A DNA stretch of 64,000 nucleotides, from sequence record OR699282.2; one strand, written 5' to 3'. The first letter of the stretch is position 1. Each line of letters begins with the position of its first letter. The notes under the pieces were generated by a model. That model was given only the letters and a program-made list of their open reading frames with translations. It searched no databases and was not told where the DNA came from. The translations under genes and the position numbers were made by a program. This document shows positions 61,692 through 64,000 of this stretch, piece by piece.

Positions 61692-63230
61692 ATGAATTAT
61701 TCCTGGATGGAAATTGTAAAATCTCTAATATCAACACATGATATGGACTTACCTGAACACCTAGTTATTAATAGATGGTACTATCCATATCCAGATAACC
61801 GTTGTGTTGGGATTGGATTTTTTATTAATGAAAAATCTCAATATATTGGATTAATTGAAGATTATACAAAAACCAACATTGCGTTCTCTATTGAGTTGAA
61901 TGTAGATCACATAAAATACTACACCAATAAAATGGACGAAGACGATGGTGATGTTATAATTCCAGCAGAAATAGACGAAGCTTCATTTTTTCAGTTATCA
62001 TTAATTCATGATGTATCTGATATTACTTATGATAATGTGAAAGACCTTTTTATATTGTACAATAAACTGTATAATTACTTTTTGTAATGGAGATAAATTT
62101 ATGGAATATACAATATGTATAGTTATATGTATCATATCCTTACTAGTCGGGGTTGGTGTGATGATTTATTGTGATGCAGAACCCAGTACTGAAGTAGGAA
62201 CAACAATAACACTTAAACCTGGTGTTAAAGTTAATGATAATTATTGCTATGATCCAAACACAAACCGTTATGAGATTTGTTTATGAAAACATTCAACATT
62301 GTTCATATAATTGAACCGATTGCAGAACATATTAAAAACATAAGTAAGAACGAGTCAGGTTTTTTCTTCGATTTAGACAAACTTCATCGCACCAATGTAT
62401 CTAGTTTTAATCGTACTAAGAGACTTTACATCCGTATACACAACCTATGGTACAGTGACGATACGTTGATGATAGATATCACGGTTGATGAAGACATAAC
62501 ATTAAGATACATTGACGATTTTAAATCAGATGATATTCGTTCTGGCTCATTACCAATTGATGCTTCATATGAAGAATATATGCAATATCAGTTCATTGAT
62601 GACACATTTGGATTTGACTTTGATCTATATAATAGTATAATGAACGTATACCATATATACGAAAGGAATTTGAATGGACATTCGTAAAATACCAAATTTC
62701 CACAATACATTAAGGTTCTTTTCTGAACAAGAAATCAGTACTGAAATACGAGGCATAATTTCGTATAATCAATATAGAGTACTAACCACTAATAAATTTC
62801 AGGGTACTGTACGTATAAAAATACGAAACTCGTTAGTAGAGAATGATGAATTATTAATTACACTTAGAAAAAGTAAGATAGAATTAACATACGCAATTTT
62901 CGATACTACATATGAGTTGATGTGGAACACACTGTCAAAAAAAGAAGGTTCATTGCCAGTTGTTGATAATGGTCCTGAAACACTTGATCAGTACATGTTC
63001 ATTGATGATACATTTAGTATTGACTATCCATCATTTCAGTGTATACTAGATATACACGAAAAATATTACGACCGTCTACGTGACAGATTAATTTAATTGG
63101 AGGCATTATGATTGCTATATTAGAAGAAGATTGGGGTGTTTCCGAGCAAGGCACTGATGAATATGAATACCCAGAATATAAGCCCAAAGGCTTCTGGGAA
63201 CGTTTGCGTGATTGGTTGATGGGGGAATAA
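61692..63230 (+). other. hypothetical CDS (61692, 62101, 62283, 62674, small 63108-63230)
   Basis: 62283 and 62674 share QYxFIDDTF; 61692 has EASFFQ. Confidence 0.65.
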
Positions 63231-63231
63231 T

Positions 63232-64000
63232 ATGAAAAAGTATTTGGTTGGTGGCTACGTCCGTGACCGTTTAATGGGTCTTCTTGCAAAAGACAAAGAT
63301 TATGTCATTGTCGGAGCAACTGAATCTGATATTAAGTACTTGCAAAGTATTGGCTATAAGCAAGTAGGTAAGGATTTCCCTGTATATCTAAGTCCAGAAG
63401 GTAATGAACACGCATTAGCCCGTACTGAGCGTAAAACTGGTACTGGATATGGTGGCTTTGAAGTGGATACAAAAGGCGTAACACTCGAACAAGATTTGTA
63501 TCGCCGTGACCTAACAATAAATGCAATTTCGTATGATCCAGTACTACAAATTCATATCGATCCATACGGTGGTAAAGCTGATATCAAGAACAAGGTACTA
63601 CGTCATGTTTCTGACCATTTTAAAGAAGATCCATTACGTGTGTTACGTCTTGCTCGATTTGCTACTCGTTATTCTGACTTTACTATCCATGAAAGCACTG
63701 AGGAACTCGCTATTGGAATGGTCAATAGTGGTGAGTTAAATCATCTTGTTCCTGACCGTGTTTTTGTGGAATTCGAAAAAGCATTTTCCGAAGAAAAGCC
63801 TGCAAAGTTCCTTAAGACGCTAAGTAAATTTGGTTATTACGAAAAGGTGTTTAATACATCTTTGACCAAAAAGAATTTAGACCTTATTGATTATATTGCA
63901 GAGAACTGTACGGATGTATATAAACCATATTTTCTGTGGTCTATTCTTCTTGAAAATGAAGAAGTAAATAATGATTCAGTACTTAACGGTGCTATTAAAG
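63232..64000 (+). CDS. cca: tRNA nucleotidyltransferase (CCA-adding enzyme), 3'-truncated by the window; absent from the ORF track
   Basis: Manual translation YLVGGYVRD..DKDYVIVG, GKDFPV, ALARTERK, DLYRRDLTINA, EDPLRVLRLARF. Confidence 0.95.
   Translation, partial: MKKYLVGGYVRDRLMGLLAKDKDYVIVGATESDIKYLQSIGYKQVGKDFPVYLSPEGNEHALARTERKTGTGYGGFEVDTKGVTLEQDLYRRDLTINAISYDPVLQIHIDPYGGKADIKNKVLRHVSDHFKEDPLRVLRLARFATRYSDFTIHESTEELAIGMVNSGELNHLVPDRVFVEFEKAFSEEKPAKFLKTLSKFGYYEKVFNTSLTKKNLDLIDYIAENCTDVYKPYFLWSILLENEEVNNDSVLNGAIK

Larger units (their letters stand above)
1..64000. repeat. Dispersed over-represented palindromic hexamer AGTACT, often CAGTACTG
   Basis: By-eye tally of about 175 copies, versus about 22 expected from base composition; present in all three coding frames and in intergenic DNA. 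Confidence 0.9.

Noticed and set aside
4032-63739. Most minus-strand and nested alternative-frame ORFs in the track (e.g. 4032-4271, 9061-9414, 11623-11916, 16787-17113, 17203-17613, 27303-27569, 63332-63565)
   Set aside because: They are shadows of well-supported plus-strand genes and lack an RBS or family motifs.
1-64000. Stop-codon reassignment (alternative genetic code)
   Set aside because: Conserved enzymes (ligase, NrdD, PhoH, ClpP) are full length under code 11, and TAA, TAG and TGA all end genes.
1-64000. Prophage or IS elements, introns or inteins in nrdD, lig and phoH
   Set aside because: No integrase or transposase motifs; these genes are uninterrupted and lack intein signatures.

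Overview
A 64-kb AT-rich (about 30-33% GC by eye), densely coding, almost entirely plus-strand segment of a large lytic phage. Gene content suggests an enterobacterial jumbo myophage of the RaK2/GAP32/PBECO4 type; this is inference, with no database search run. Recognisable genes include RNA ligase 1, polynucleotide kinase/phosphatase, ATP-dependent DNA ligase, two metallophosphoesterases, ClpP, an HslV-like protease, two Zn deaminases, Sir2, a NUDT16-like Nudix, PIN-PhoH, class III RNR (nrdD/nrdG), fibre-like virion proteins, a GH8-like glycosidase, spanins, a LysM-lysozyme, HPF, a 2H phosphoesterase and a truncated CCA enzyme, among many small paralogous hypothetical genes. Strongest unexplained signals: (1) the palindrome AGTACT is about 8-fold over-represented in all reading frames; (2) a promoter- and terminator-bounded, hairpin-rich non-coding locus of about 500 nt with a 30-nt internal repeat (53.3-53.8 kb); (3) an acyl-carrier-protein-like gene with Trp in place of the phosphopantetheine Ser; (4) an FNR box centred at the -41.5 position upstream of nrdD; (5) a eukaryote-type NUDT16-like Nudix coupled to Sir2. 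No tRNA, rRNA, CRISPR array, integrase or transposase is supported.
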